Shown one piece after another: positions 27,303-38,887 of a stretch of DNA of 64,000 bases. The translations under genes and the position numbers were made by a program. Every line of letters starts with the position of its first letter. Position 1 is the stretch's first letter. The notes under the pieces were generated by a model. It was not told where the DNA came from, did not search any database, and was given only the letters and a program-made list of their open reading frames with translations. The DNA is from Octopus sinensis (lineage: Eukaryota): the NCBI RefSeq assembly GCF_006345805.1, contig NC_042998.1, forward strand, positions 32,116,001 to 32,180,000, in the 5' to 3' direction.

Positions 27303-28319
27303 AAATTTATAAACATCATGCATAAGCTAACATGTAAGATGCAATCATGTGATTTGATGATCTTTTTCTTACAGAACATTTTTCATTATACAAAATTTTA
27401 AATATCATTAACCTAAAAGATATACCTAAATTTGATAATAAATTTCAATATCGTAACGTTCTCTTTTGTTTAATGATTTCTTTCTTTTTCGGGTCATTCT
27501 TAACATGTTCATTTTAACATGGGATAGTGAGAAGTATACAAAATGTACAACTTTGAAAAAATATTCGACTGAAGAAAAATGTCTCAACGAACGTAAGTCG
27601 CCTGAGGTACACAATTAAAAGTTGAATTTCTTGTCTTGGAAATGACACAAGCGATATAGCTATTTGAATCAATCTCACCACATGATCAGAAAATGTATTT
27701 AAGCAACATACTTCAAATATGTATAAGCTGAATGACAGCGAAAACCGGTCAATGAAATATGCTAATTTTTTACTGCAAAACATTTTTTGGGCTGCAGCAT
27801 GCAATGAAATTTATTCACGAAAACTTTTCTGCACGAAAAATTTCATACATTTCTCTAAGTAAAGTTTTCAATAGTATATGATTCTCTTAATTTTTTTGTG
27901 TATTAGTTATACTCACCTTGTGAAAACACAGTAAAATATTTACTGTAAAACTGTTATATGAAAACATTTGTTATTGGAAAACTTTTTTGTTTTATTATTT
28001 GCACATATATAAACATATAATAGAAATATTTAATTCCTGTGTTAAAAAATAAAATTCAACGCGTTTTCAAAGCTTTCGTCTTATTTTTCACACACACATA
28101 CGCGCCTATATATATCTATAAGCACACACACATAGATATAGATATATGTATAAACATACACATATATACATAATGTCGCATACACTCGAACGTATTAAAT
28201 ATGAATTATATGAAAATATTTTTGAAAGTGCTGCTTACTGTTTGTTTGACAGAGCATTATACATATCCGCAAACTATGCGTAGACTGTTTTACTAGGAAT
28301 AATTTTATTCATATCAAAC

Positions 28320-28760
28320 TGTGAGCGGCATATCTGATTTCTATTACTGACGAACCAGAACGACGCAGAAACAACTGCGCTCTACGACCCAATGCAGTCT
28401 CTTACAGCTCCCTCTGCCCAAGCATTTCGATTTAGTAGTGCTCCGGCTCTGTAATTTACTTACGGTGAGCCGCCGCACAGCGCTACCAGTCGCCGTATGG
28501 CAACTGGAAAAGCATAAGAGAGTCGGTCTGTTTAATCACTCGTAGCGCCACCTGCCTGGTGTCCGTTACCGAAGAAGAGATAACTACTCCAAAATGCTTG
28601 CATCTCACAATTTGGGTAGATGGTGGTGCGAGTTGATCTAGGTGTGTACACACCGGTTGTCAACGAACGGGATATATTTTCCGTAACAAAACGCAGTGAG
28701 GAGGATATTCACTGGTTCGAACATGCATCAAGGATATTCGGACTGATAATAATGTTACAA
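28320..28760. promoter_or_regulatory. CpG-rich unique island with CTCF-like motif; candidate promoter or insulator
   Basis: Locally GC/CpG-rich and non-repetitive. 28543-28559 on the minus strand reads CCAGGCAGGTGGCGCTA (CTCF-like), and a minus-strand donor-like CACC|GTAAGT lies at 28463. Confidence 0.35.
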
Positions 28761-29103
28761 TTATACTTATCACTGCCTGGCTTTCCCCTTCTGTAATGTA
28801 ATTCTAACAGCGACGGAAAGAAAATTTAATATTTATAAAGACTTGCACAGCAGGAGTGGGTTTGTGCCTATATTTGATTAAACAAGCGTTTTAAAGTTTA
28901 TTTACCTCGCTCTGAGATATGTAGGCATATATTCCTATACACACATATGTGTGTGTGTATGTGAGGGGCACCACTGTTTATATGCGATGAGTGAGAGAGA
29001 TAGATATACTTATAAAAATATACACACACACGCACACACACACATACACACACATATATATATATACACGCTCACACGCACACATAAATATTATATATAT
29101 ATA

Positions 29104-29156
<53 letters not shown>

Positions 29157-29254
29157 TAAAGGGTGAAATATAATTAATTTAATAAAATCAACAAATTTCA
29201 CCGAGTAGTATTTCGGTATGGAAAAGGACCATATTCGGTAAAAGTTTACATAAT

Positions 29255-29345
29255 TATAACAAAGAGGGTCTCTGCAACGAGTTGCTAGACCACAAACTTT
29301 CGGTATGTGGTCTAGCAACTTGTTGCAAAGACCCTCTTTGTTATA
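29255..29345. repeat. 91-bp hairpin (40-bp stem, 11-nt loop)
   Basis: TATAACAAAGAGGGTCTCTGCAACGAGTTGCTAGACCACA pairs with TGTGGTCTAGCAACTTGTTGCAAAGACCCTCTTTGTTATA, with two non-Watson-Crick positions. Confidence 0.92.
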
Positions 29346-29369
29346 TATATATATATATATTATATATAT

Positions 29370-29547
29370 ATACACCAACCTATACATACACACGTCCAGA
29401 CCTCTCATACGCACTTATACTCTCTCATACACACACACACACACTTATACATACTAATACGTACTAATACATACCAATACATACTAATACATACACCAAC
29501 CCTATACATACGCACGTCCAGACCTCTCATACGCACAAATACTCTCT

Positions 29548-29584
<37 letters not shown>

Positions 29585-29655
29585 ATACATACTAATACAT
29601 ACTAATACATACACCAACCCTATACATACACACGTCCAGACCTCTCATACGCACT
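29370..29655 (+). repeat. Compound minisatellite, three units of ~120 bp
   Basis: CACCAACC(C)TATACATAC(A/G)CACGTCCAGACCTCTCATACGCAC occurs at ~29373, ~29493 and ~29612, separated by (CA)n and (TACTAATACA)n. Confidence 0.9.
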
Positions 29656-30046
29656 AATAGCTGGTCATTCAACCCTATTATCAACCCTATTATCTCCCCT
29701 TATTTCGCTCTCGCGTCTCATGTTTGATCTTTGACCTCTGGCCGAAATCAGATCGCCATGTTGATTCGTTAGTTACTGCACGCATTTTTTTCTCTCCTTC
29801 TTTCTGTGTTTTTTTTCTCTCTGTGTATCTTTCTGTTGAAGAGCGTAGGCTCGAAACGTTAAAGACTTGTTTTATTTATATTTCCTGAGCGCCATACTAA
29901 TACAATTGTTTGTTTGTTTTCCACCTGCCTTCGTCTTTTGTCTATTTTCATAAAGCTTCCCTATATATACATATATATATACATATATATATACATATAT
30001 ATATATATATATTATACATACTAAAAGACATACATACATACATACA

Positions 30047-30074
<28 letters not shown>

Positions 30075-30077
<3 letters not shown>

Positions 30078-30345
30078 GTAACACAGTGCCTAAATACCAA
30101 TCTTGAGAAATTAGGCTTCTCAAACTCGGAAAGGAGAAAGCTGATCCAAAGACTATAGATCTAATCCATCACTCATGTTACTATATGCGTGAGAAGACAG
30201 AGAAGAAAAAACAAAGTAATCTGCACATATGCATACATACATAAAAAAAAAACTCTGTTAATGTTGAAATTCCAATGAAGGAGCCTTAGATCTGGGATAG
30301 AACCCGGCTCTTTCTCCATTGGCAAGAAATCTTGAAGTATAGCAG
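30075..30345 (+). mobile_element. Short 3' end of the same RLE-LINE family
   Basis: Reads CLNTNLEKLGFSNSERRKLIQRL, similar to 31620-31690, plus a tail GAAATTCCAATGAAGGAGCC..GGCAAGAAATCTTGAA that also occurs at 48415-48530. Confidence 0.65.
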
Positions 30346-30733
30346 AATAATGACGTGCACACACATACACACGCACACACATACACACGCACACACATAC
30401 ACACACACATACTGATGTTCTATTATTATTTTGCTACTTACAATCAATGGACTGCAGTCAGGTTGAAGGCTTGCCTTCAAGTGTTTCAATCGATCACATC
30501 AACCCCAATATTGATTTTTAGTCGAGTATTTTTTTCCTCGCCGACCTTATGCATTTGACAAAATGCCATTTTTTTTTACGAACTACCTTACTGCATTTAT
30601 GTGCCGAACACACGCAATAAGGTACACTGGTACATAGGCACACAAGCAAGTACATACGCGTACAGACACACGCATACACACTCACATAAACACAAACTCA
30701 TAAAACTGGACAATACATACACCTCTCTCTCTC

Positions 30734-30796
<63 letters not shown>

Positions 30797-31204
30797 CAGT
30801 TGAATAAAGTTAAAACAGTCTGGTTTTAACGTTTTTTTATTATGGTATTTTAACAAAATTAACGCTTTCATACATAACGTACTCATTAGATTTCAAATGA
30901 GTTTACGTGACAGTTGAGTTCTTGACAACTTTAATACCTCTTAGAACGCTGAAATCAGCTGAATTTTTAGAATACCTTTTTCATCAATCCGCACGCTCTT
31001 AAGCATCACGCTTTTCCAGGCGTACCGATTTTCTGTAACTTGTTTATATTAATTGATCCACATCATTAACTGGTTATAATATATTATTGCTGTAATTTCC
31101 ATTCAGAACAGGTTTGAACATTTTAATAAATCGTTTTTCTTTTATCTTTCAACCTTACTTGTGTCATGTAGCTTGTGTAAAGTAAAAGTTAGAAACATTT
31201 TCTG

Positions 31205-31790
31205 ACCACATGTATCTTTATGTTCACTCAATGGAATTTGGCGAATATTGGTGTTCCGGATTTATTGCCTGTGGACTTATGAGCGGAAAAAAAGACTGTT
31301 CTGGAATAAATGGAGAGAATCCCTTTGTTATCGCACACGTGCACAAATACCAGCACAAGGAATACTGGTGGAACATTCCCATCAAAACATCTGCCAAGTC
31401 TAAGCATACCCGGCCGGATATTGTTGTTTGAGTCAGACAAGAGAAAGTATGTACCGTTGTAGAGGCCAGCTGTCCTGCTGATGTGAATGTCCCTTTTGAA
31501 AATCAAAGAGAAAGAAGATAACTATGGATAATTTTTTCGAAACCCCCAGCTTCTATAATCTACAAATTTACATCTATACCAATAAGAATTAAAGCACTTA
31601 GTTTTGTAAGTAAATACCAATCAGTCTGGATAAGCTTAGATTTTCGGTAAGAAAAATCAACCAGCTGATTCGTACATTACAAATACAATCTGTGAATAGA
31701 GCAAGACTTTTCTCAGATTGAAATGTTTTGTATTTCTGTTAGAAACCAGCTCCTACTTCAGAGGAAGAATGTCAACGATTATATACAGAA
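31205..31790 (+). mobile_element. Degenerate 3' fragment of an RLE-type non-LTR element (R4-like, distinct family)
   Basis: Reads YWWNIPIKTSAKSKHTRPDIVV*..VVEASCPADVN..KIKEKEDNYG, a PD-(D/E)xK nuclease motif, with multiple stops and frameshifts. Confidence 0.78.
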
Positions 31791-31931
31791 GAGATATACA
31801 TACATAGATTCATACCTATATACATACACAAATACACACACACACTCACAGATACACACACACAGACACACAAACATACATACATACATACATACATACA
31901 TACATACATACATACATACATACATACATAC

Positions 31932-32330
31932 GTTTATGGCTGCCCCTTCGTTATCGAGTATGGCCATTGCACGAAGCTTAACTGTTATTGGTGCTGTTAA
32001 CGAACGTGACTTTTTTGCCCAGCTAAAGATCTACAATGTCTTGTTCAGAATTGGCAACTAAAACCTTTACCGGCCAAGGCCGGCTGTAGTTGTAACTGGG
32101 CTTCATGTACCTTTACATGTCGTTTAAGTCCTCCTGCCGAATTACCCTCCCTTCCACATGCCCGACAGATATGATTAGTATGGTGTGTTACATACATACA
32201 TATATACATGTATGTTTGCATCGACAAGTGTGTCAATTTTCGTCCACCATTTTCTATTCCCCAGATAGCTTTCGGCTTGAGACCGTCGTAGGAGACATCA
32301 ACCAAATGTGCCGGTGAGTGGAATCCGAAC
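31932..32330 (-). mobile_element. 3' fragment of an RTE-type LINE with two C-terminal C2H2-like fingers
   Basis: The minus strand reads HICRACGREGNSAGGLKRHVKVH..FSCQF*TRHCRSLAGQKSHVR. The tail GGCCATACTCGATAACGAAGGGGCAGCCATAAAC runs into (GTAT)n. Confidence 0.62.
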
Positions 32331-33834
32331 CTGTGACAGGTTTTTCTTCACAACAAGGGCCATTAGGTTATAATCAGTAATGGATACATTTCTCTCGTGT
32401 TTATTTGTGGTGTTGGTTTACATGAAACCGATGGTTTATTTTTATTTATCCCAATCTACACGGACCTCGTAAACATTAGGCATTTTTATGCAGCGATTTT
32501 TCTTTTATTACCTGGAAATTCCAGATTAAAGATTCGCTTAATTTGAACAATGAGACTCACAAAGTTAACACGGGAAAAAGGGAAAATATTTTAATTAAAT
32601 TCAGCCTTGTTAAATATTTATTTAGTATCATGAGATCAAATGATGATTGAAAAATTTTATCGTAACCAATAAATTTAATCATTTGAAAGATTAATATCAT
32701 AATAAACTTCCTGCTATTTAAATTTCTTTGTATTATTGCATCATGTTTGATCTCACAACCCTTTAAGAATCATTTACACTCAAGCAGGTGTGTTTGTCGC
32801 ATAAATGTACCTTCGTGAAGCAGTTTATAATTACAATACAGTAATATATTCATGAACAGAATTAGCAGTACAATCATAAAATTGAGGGAGAAAAAGTCAT
32901 GGATCCCTGCAGCAATGAAAAACAAATGGGAAGTTGGTCGTTACTGAACTTAATGCAGTGAACCAAGAAATTTTAATTAATTAAAATGTCACCCTTAATA
33001 ATGAGATAAAAATTAACATCACAATACATAATTCTGGTCCAGAAAGTGCATGGAAGCCAAACACGCAATCTAAATTCGCTAGAATTTAATATGGAAACTA
33101 GAACAGTAGTTTGGTGATAATTCTGTATATGGTATTCTTTTCGTTATCCGAACTTGAGAAGGCATAGATTTGAAAAGAGGTAAAAATTTGTTAATCGAAT
33201 TATTGCCAGCTTAAATATAAAGATATTTTGCAAGCTTGATTTCAATTTTCATTTAAGATAAAGTATATAATATTTGGTAAGTGAAAAGAATCTCAAGAGA
33301 ACTATTTATTGGAATATTTTCTACTCAGACAAAATCTATTCAATGAAACGTTTTTATCACGTCATTTTATCTCGGACATTAAGGAGGTTATATCAGATAG
33401 AACGATAAAAACTAGTAATTCATAACAACCACAACAATAAAAAAGTAGGAATTCTAAAGGAAAATGCAACTATATTTGGCTATAAAGAAATAATTCAAGG
33501 AAAGATTTTACATTTTTATTGATGCGTGTTTTCCTGCATAGACATAAGTATGCTTCTCACACGAAAAGATGAACGCAAAGAGAAATCGATCGTCTGCTGT
33601 GTTCTTTTGTTGTTTATGTCAAAGTTGTCATGAAGGGTCTGGATTAATCTCCGGATTATATTTTTTTTCAACATTTAAGGCCTTCCTAAACTGCTTGGAT
33701 ATTTATGTTTTCACCCTCACTTTTTCTTACGCTGTTTTCCACATATACTAGACTTACACATACATACACATACATGCCTGCATACATATATTATACACAC
33801 ACATACACACTCACACAGACATATACATCTCGCC

Positions 33835-33875
<41 letters not shown>

Positions 33876-33899
33876 CATGTATGCATACATACCTATATA

Positions 33900-33989
<90 letters not shown>

Positions 33990-33990
<1 letters not shown>

Positions 33991-34240
33991 CTTTATATAT
34001 ATAAAACTGAGAATGTGTGTCTGTCTGTCAGTTTGTCTGTGTGTTTCCCTAAAACTGAGAACTACACAACCAATTTCATTCAAATTTTACACATGCCTTA
34101 CTTAGGGTCCGGGGAGTGTCATCGGCAAAATTATATATATATATATATATAATTTTCAGTATTTCAGTATTACGTGTTAAAAGTGAAACAAAAACGTTTC
34201 TCTATTTTATGTCAGATACTTTCACTTTAACAATAAAAAT
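33990..34240 (+). mobile_element. Helitron-like 5' segment
   Basis: TCTTTATATATATAAAACTGAGAATGTGTGTCTGTCTG..CAACCAATTTCATTCAAATTTTACAC resembles non-autonomous Helitron 5' ends. The 3' CTAG end was not confidently found. Confidence 0.5.
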
Positions 34241-34479
34241 AATAATAACAATTGAATTATATGTAGTAAGTAATAATTAAAATCAAACTAAAGTAACATG
34301 ACGAAAGTAAAAATAGCAATTGGTATAAAATTGCATCAATGATTTGAACTTGAATAAGTGGTTTCACATGAATGGGAATAAATTAAAAATAAGATTAGCG
34401 TGCAGAAATGGAATAGTCCAGATGGATAATAAAAAATTAAATTAAAGAAAAGACTATTGTCTATAAAGTATACAATGTA

Positions 34480-36168
34480 GAGAAAAAAGGTCGCGTTTTC
34501 TTTGCGCTCTGTAAAATTCGGTTAAAAAAGAAAAAAGAACAAAAAGTGAATTGTGGTTGCGGAATTGGAACGTCGGTTGGTGCGGTTTCGCGTCGCACTG
34601 GTTCTGTGCGCCGCACGTTTTCTGTTCGGGAGGCCGTTTTTCGGTCTGAGGCGACTATGAGCCGCCTCTACCAAACGGATGAGATGGAAGGGAGAAATTT
34701 CTCTGAAAATTCGTCGACATCGGAGGAAGAGTTGGCGGTGAAAAAAATGGAAAGCACCTACGCAGGTATAACGAAGAAGTCAACAGAAAAAGAGATAGAC
34801 CTGGCTAAGTTGACGGACTTCCAGGAGTTCATGAAGGAGGAGGAGAACGGAGAGGTTGAGCTGTTGCCTCTAGCAGGGCGCGGAGACTGGTTCCATCGTA
34901 GAACCATTAAATATAAAGTATTTATGAATGGAGGTAGAAAAATGGAAGTGATTAACATGGAAGCAATTGAAGAGGCTTTCAAACAGACAGGAGAAGAAAT
35001 TGTGTACATGACAAAAGGATTAGAATATGGAACCATAACGGTACAATTTAAAAGTGAGAAAGCAGCCAGGAATATAGCAGCCAAGGTGGTGAGTACAGAA
35101 AAGTTTTACTTATTCCCCTCGTATTTGAATAGAAGGACCACCAGAATTAGGGTGGAAGGAATACCGCCACACCTAGAGGGCGAATTAATAACGGCTGCGG
35201 TTATCAAAGGAATGAAGATAAAGTGGACATCCTCCACGCCATTATGAAATATGAAGGCGTGAGAGGTGCCACACTAGTAATGAACATACAGACGGAGACG
35301 GAAGTTATAGAAAAGCTTACAGACAGTATAAAAACTGGAAATATTATTATGAGAGTGTGGGTGGAGGATAGGGCGCCCAGGTGCTACAAGTGTGGCCTGA
35401 GGGGTCACATAAGAGCCTACTGCCCTCCCCCACCAAAGGAAAAAGAAAAGGAAATCGTCGCGGAAGCCCCAAAAGAGGAAGAAACCAAAGAGAACCAAAG
35501 GGAAAAAGAAACGACAGAAGAAGAGGAGATGCAACAAGAGTGGGAAGAAGGAAGAAAAAAGAGAAAAAGAAAGAAAAAGAAAAACTGTGCGAAGCCCCAA
35601 CCCACCCCAACACCACCCGCACCCTCTGAATCCCACCCTTCCCCTGCAGACAGTGAACCCACCCGCTCCCCTCCAACAAGAAAACAAAAGAAAAATATTA
35701 ATACAGACAGACAAGAGTTTGAAAACGAACCCAGGCCGAACATTTATATTGTGACTGAACAGAAAGAGGTTGAAAGGGTAATGGAGGAATATGAATGGTA
35801 TGAAATGGATGGGACCAGATATGCAGTGCTGGAAAAGAAGAATATAGATGAGTTTGTGTTGAGGTGTGAAAGAGAGAATTGGGAGGTGAAAGATACAAGA
35901 ATGAGCGATGAATTCGTGGAATATATGGAGGACAGTTTCGGAGTAAGAATGGATATGGATGGTCTTCGTATTGGGAATGAACATTCAGGTGACAGTGAAA
36001 ACAAAAGGACAGGTAAGTGATGCTGGCGGAGGGGGCCGTTAGCATCGCTTTCATATTATCATTTTTTCATTTTCATTTGCTCATAAATTTAATCATATTG
36101 TTCTATGTCCCCCATGTTTTGTTATGTCCGGCATTCTTCGTAGCCCCTGGTGGGTAATAAAGAAATAA
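34480..36168 (+). mobile_element. ORF1-only (HAL1-like) non-autonomous L1/Tx1-type retroelement
   Basis: GC-rich 5' leader, one gag/ORF1-like reading frame, then a ~150 bp 3' UTR ending TAGCCCCTGGTGGGTAATAAAGAAATA. No endonuclease or RT sequence lies between the ORF1 stop and this tail. The 5' boundary is approximate. Confidence 0.72.
34657..36020 (+). pseudogene. L1/Tx1-type ORF1 protein (RRM-like region plus CCHC zinc knuckle), ~454 aa with one 1-nt frameshift
   Basis: ORFs 34546-35247 and 35223-36020 join if one base is restored at ~35213 (GMEDKVDIL). Motifs are FPSYLNRRTTRIRVEGIPP and CYKCGLRGHIRAYC (CX2CX4HX4C), followed by charged and Pro-rich tails typical of LINE ORF1p. Confidence 0.82.
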
Positions 36169-37187
36169 CATGGAGGAAAGCACCTTCGAAAAGTGTCTTG
36201 GTGCGACTATGAAAGGTATCTAATCAGAGGCGGTAAATTCCCCACAATAGAAGCAAGGTTCGAGTCAACGGAGCGGGCAAGGGAGGACTCGACTCGAACT
36301 TGCAAAGTGGAAATATTTTATTTTCACCTTTATATCTGGGACGTAGGACGTCCCGGAAAAAAACTTAAAATGCGCCCCCCCCCCCGAAGTAGAGGTAGGC
36401 TGGATTGTAGCCACACTTCTATACAAGAGGGAGGACAAGATACAATTGATCGAAATTACAAGAGACGGGCTAGCAATTCCAGTCTGTTATATATTTTGAG
36501 TACTGTTATCACTAGCGATATCAAGATATAACTTTGTATTTTGTATTTTATGTGTAGATGTATATATATAGATGTACATGTAATATGTACACATATATAT
36601 AGACATATATATATAGACATATACACTATGACCAGGCAACGACGGGACTTTAATGTTAGTATATATATATATATATACACATATATACAAATATTTATAT
36701 TCATACATATCTGTACATATATGATTGTGTGTTTATGTAAGTTGTATGCTTGTATGTATGTTTGCGTGTATGGTGAGAAAGGGCAGATTGTTTCAGTGTC
36801 AGAAAGACAATCTTGCGATATTTGTTCCGACTCTCTGTGCCCGTGCTCCATATAGCACTAATGTCACATCTCAGCCGTTTGGTGTCTACAAATAAACAAA
36901 TAAAGTAGTACTTAACGACGGGAGAACTGACAAAATTATTAGAATGTCGCATGCAATGCTGTTTGGTATAAATCGCGACTCCTTTCATTCTGACGACATT
37001 AACTGCAGTAGCATTGCTGACACACAATACGGCCTATAAAACACTCCATTCTCTTAGACAACACTGGCTTTTATTCACGGACAACTGATATCCTTCCTTA
37101 GAACAAACTTGATCAGGACTGAATATAGGAGTGGCACTTTCATGCGTAGATTTATAGTCTCACAAGGCACTATATATATATATATAT

Positions 37188-37221
<34 letters not shown>

Positions 37222-37384
37222 TATGTATGTATGTATATATGAGAACAATGAAAACGAAGGGGACAGTTACGGTAGAAGGGAAACAAGAAATGAAAGTAAT
37301 GTAGGAAGAAGGATGAAACTAGCGGTTAACCGTATAGAATTCCATTATATTCAACTAAAACTTTGAAACTTATTTACACTTTAA

Positions 37385-37771
37385 AGTGATGGTATGTTGT
37401 CAACTTAAGGTGACAGTCCCATAAAAGGGAAGACTGCTACTTTTATTTAGCCCTAGGAAACACCATTTCCTGTTGGTCTTGACACATTTCCTGTGTCACT
37501 ATGTTTTCAAAATGAAGACAAGCAACTCTACCTAGCAAAACCAGCATCCAGAGACTAGTTTCAGAGTCATTGCTCATCATCAGTCTGGTGAAGCATGAAT
37601 TCCTGGTTTTGCTGGTTTTGCTGGGTGGAGGTGCTTGTCTCCATTTTAAAAACATAAGGACAAAGGAAATGTGTCAACTCCAACAGGAAACGGTGTTTCC
37701 TAGGGCTAAATAACAGTAGTATTCTTCCCTTTCATGGGACTGTCACATTAAGTTGACAACATGCTATCACT
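37385..37771. mobile_element. Near-palindromic MITE, Kolobok-like (TTAA|AG...CT|TTAC)
   Basis: Arms of ~165 bp (37385-~37547 and ~37612-37771) are reverse complements with scattered mismatches. TTAA lies on the left and TTAC on the right. Confidence 0.7.
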
Positions 37772-38541
37772 TTACCGTGCTGCTACTGCATAAATTTCTC
37801 TGAGAGATTTAGAAATATATTTCTATTTACACTTGTTGCGATGCGTCATGTTATTTTTTGAATTTAATCTCTTTCGGTTGTATATCACTGATTTAGTCTA
37901 CTTCTTCAAATAATAATAGTTTCTTTTCCCTAATTTTCGCCAGCATTTTCAGGATTAAAGATTACAATCGCATATATGTTATGATGTTATGGTATGTAAC
38001 ATTTCTGATAAAAATTACATCCTTTTTTAAAATTAACACATCCATCTTGCACAATTTTGGTGTTCGTCTGAATTGAAGCACCTAAACCCAAAATATTTAA
38101 TTTGAATATACTGAATACGGTTTCCTCTTAGTATGTATTCTATGCCTACATTATCTTCTCTTCTGGTAGCTATTCATTAGCGATTTGATAAACATGAAAA
38201 TAGTTTGTTTCCAACAGAAGACATGAAATGTGTATCGTTGGTCGATAAGCCATTTTAATATTAAGATATTTTACATGAATAACTTGTATTCATTCACACA
38301 ATATGTGCTTGTTATATCCAACCCATTGAAGGCCTTTAAAATACAGATTAAATGCATTCACTATAGATTCTAATAAAAATGCAGTTATATCATTTGTTAT
38401 TCTATCTGATAAATTAAATAGCAGTGGAGGTGTTTTTAGGTTCCAGAATGACCGCAATTGAACAGATGCATTCTGATTGCCAACATCCCATTCTTGTATA
38501 GCATACGCTACATTTTCTAATATAACTTGTATATAACTTGT

Positions 38542-38594
<53 letters not shown>

Positions 38595-38596
<2 letters not shown>

Positions 38597-38825
38597 TAAT
38601 CCAAACAAGAAAGCACAAAAAAACACAACGCGAGGACGTGGAACAAATATAGTATTATTGGACGCTCAGGAAAGAAGGAAAGAAGGAGGGTATAACGTTT
38701 CGAGCGGAGCTCTTCGTCGGAAACATAGGAGAAGGAAAGATCCAGAGAAGGGAAGACAGACGAAAAAAAATCGCCAACGGTACACACGAGGTCACATTTT
38801 GAAAGACCGGAAGGAAAAGGGCGAA
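38595..38825 (-). mobile_element. (TA)n-abutting ~230 bp element with hammerhead-like core, family A (PLE pLTR or retrozyme-like)
   Basis: Three copies (38595-38825, 44440-44620, 46076-46280) share the same end ..GTTTGGATTAAC next to (TA)n. Confidence 0.65.
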
Positions 38826-38856
38826 GAAAGATGTTTTCAAAGACAGGAGAGTAACA

Positions 38857-38887
<31 letters not shown>

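Noticed and set aside
34292-34308. Possible TSD for the ORF1-only element (AAGTAACATGACGAAAG vs AAATAACATGGAGGAAAG at ~36163)
   Set aside because: Too many mismatches for so young an element, and ~180 bp from the apparent 5' end.
35274-36054. Several long minus-strand ORFs (up to 236 aa)
   Set aside because: They are antisense shadows of the purine-rich ORF1 with no recognisable motifs.
36690-36890. Minus-strand acceptor TTTGTAG followed by open frame DTKRLRCDISAIW..
   Set aside because: No clear donor or homology, and the frame runs into microsatellite.
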